From: Callorhinchus milii
Lineage: Eukaryota
Length of the DNA stretch: 64,000 bases
Assembly: GCF_018977255.1 (NCBI RefSeq)
Contig: NW_024704743.1
Location: 78,742,001-78,806,000 of the forward strand
Direction: 5' to 3'
Notes under the pieces: generated by a model
What the model was told of the DNA's origin: nothing
Seen by the model: the letters and a program-made list of their open reading frames with translations, nothing else
The model's database searches: none
Shown here: one piece after another, positions 63,093 through 64,000 of the stretch
How positions within the stretch are numbered: position 1 is the first letter of the stretch
Layout: every line of letters starts with the position of its first letter
Translations under genes and position numbers: made by a program

Positions 63093-64000
63093 AAGTACTG
63101 ATATTAATCCATACAAATGGAAGCAAGTAGAAGTCCAGATGTTTTGGTGGTTTTGATGAGCACTACAATCCCAAGTAATGCCTTGCAATTTGTTACACAC
63201 AAAACGGATACATACTTGGAAAAGTATTATTAAGGGTTATGGGGAAAGAGTAGAGGAACGGGTTTAGCTTCAATGTGTGTCGATAGCTCCAGGAAGCTGG
63301 CTGGGGAGATTTGAATGAAAAAAACAGGAAGTTCTAGTATGTCTGTATTTTTATGATTTTATACAGCAGTAAACTGTATTCAATGAGTTTCTTGTCAGAA
63401 CGGACACAATGGACTGAATAGGCTTCCCTTTGTGCTGTAAACTCTCTATAATCCAAGGGGCATTCTCAGAAATGCTGCAATAATCAGCACAGACAGATGA
63501 AATGCAAATATGGATGCTGGCATAGTTCTGTTTCTTGATACCGTAGACTGACCTCCTTTTGTTGGAGAACAAGCAAAAGATAAACAGCACTGTCTTCAGC
63601 CCAGTTCAGACTTAATTGAAGCTTTATTCACAGTCTGGACTTTGCAGGCCACCATTTAGAAGGGCATTTTGGATCATCCACCCTTTGACATTTGGGTTAA
63701 CTCAGTGCACTAAATATTGAATGTACTATTAAAGTTATTCCAATGTGCCATAATAACATCACACACAAACATACACACATGCAATTAGATCACACAGTTA
63801 GCCACCTCACACAAGCAAACATAGTAGCCAGTAATCCCACTAAAACAGAATTGAGAAAGCAACAACAACAACTATTACTTCTTAAATTTAAATTGTGCTA
63901 TTCACATATGATAATGTCTTGGAGCATTTCACAGATGGTAGATGCCAAAGGGTAGATGGAGGGAGTTCCAAAGGATCCACTGAGGATGCACTGCAGGCCC

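Noticed and set aside
1..64000. CRISPR arrays, operons, rRNA or prokaryotic defence systems
   Set aside because: The sequence is spliced vertebrate DNA, and its repeats are dispersed retroelements rather than repeat-spacer arrays.

Overview
Eukaryotic, intron-rich vertebrate DNA. The SINE/L2/CR1 repeat content suggests a cartilaginous fish, possibly a chimaera (inference). The main feature is a minus-strand gene that I spliced by hand into 18 phase-compatible GT-AG exons (57748 down to 27067; about 795-807 aa; start codon not found). It encodes an unusual ankyrin-repeat, six-TM TRP cation channel that does not look like TRPV1-6 or TRPA1: an LVDDY filter, no Trp in the TRP box, a long S2-S3 insert and a C-terminal coiled coil. 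It is tentatively TRPVL-like or an orphan TRP. The rest is mostly retroelements: a tRNA(Ala)-headed SINE in long and short forms, a Deu-domain SINE, 5'-truncated L2 LINEs that share a 3' stem-loop with the SINEs, and CR1 fragments. A palindromic MITE-like element lies in one intron. A 2.5-kb near-identical duplication next to a 25-N gap is probably an assembly artefact. Most ORFs in the supplied track are repeat-derived or spurious.
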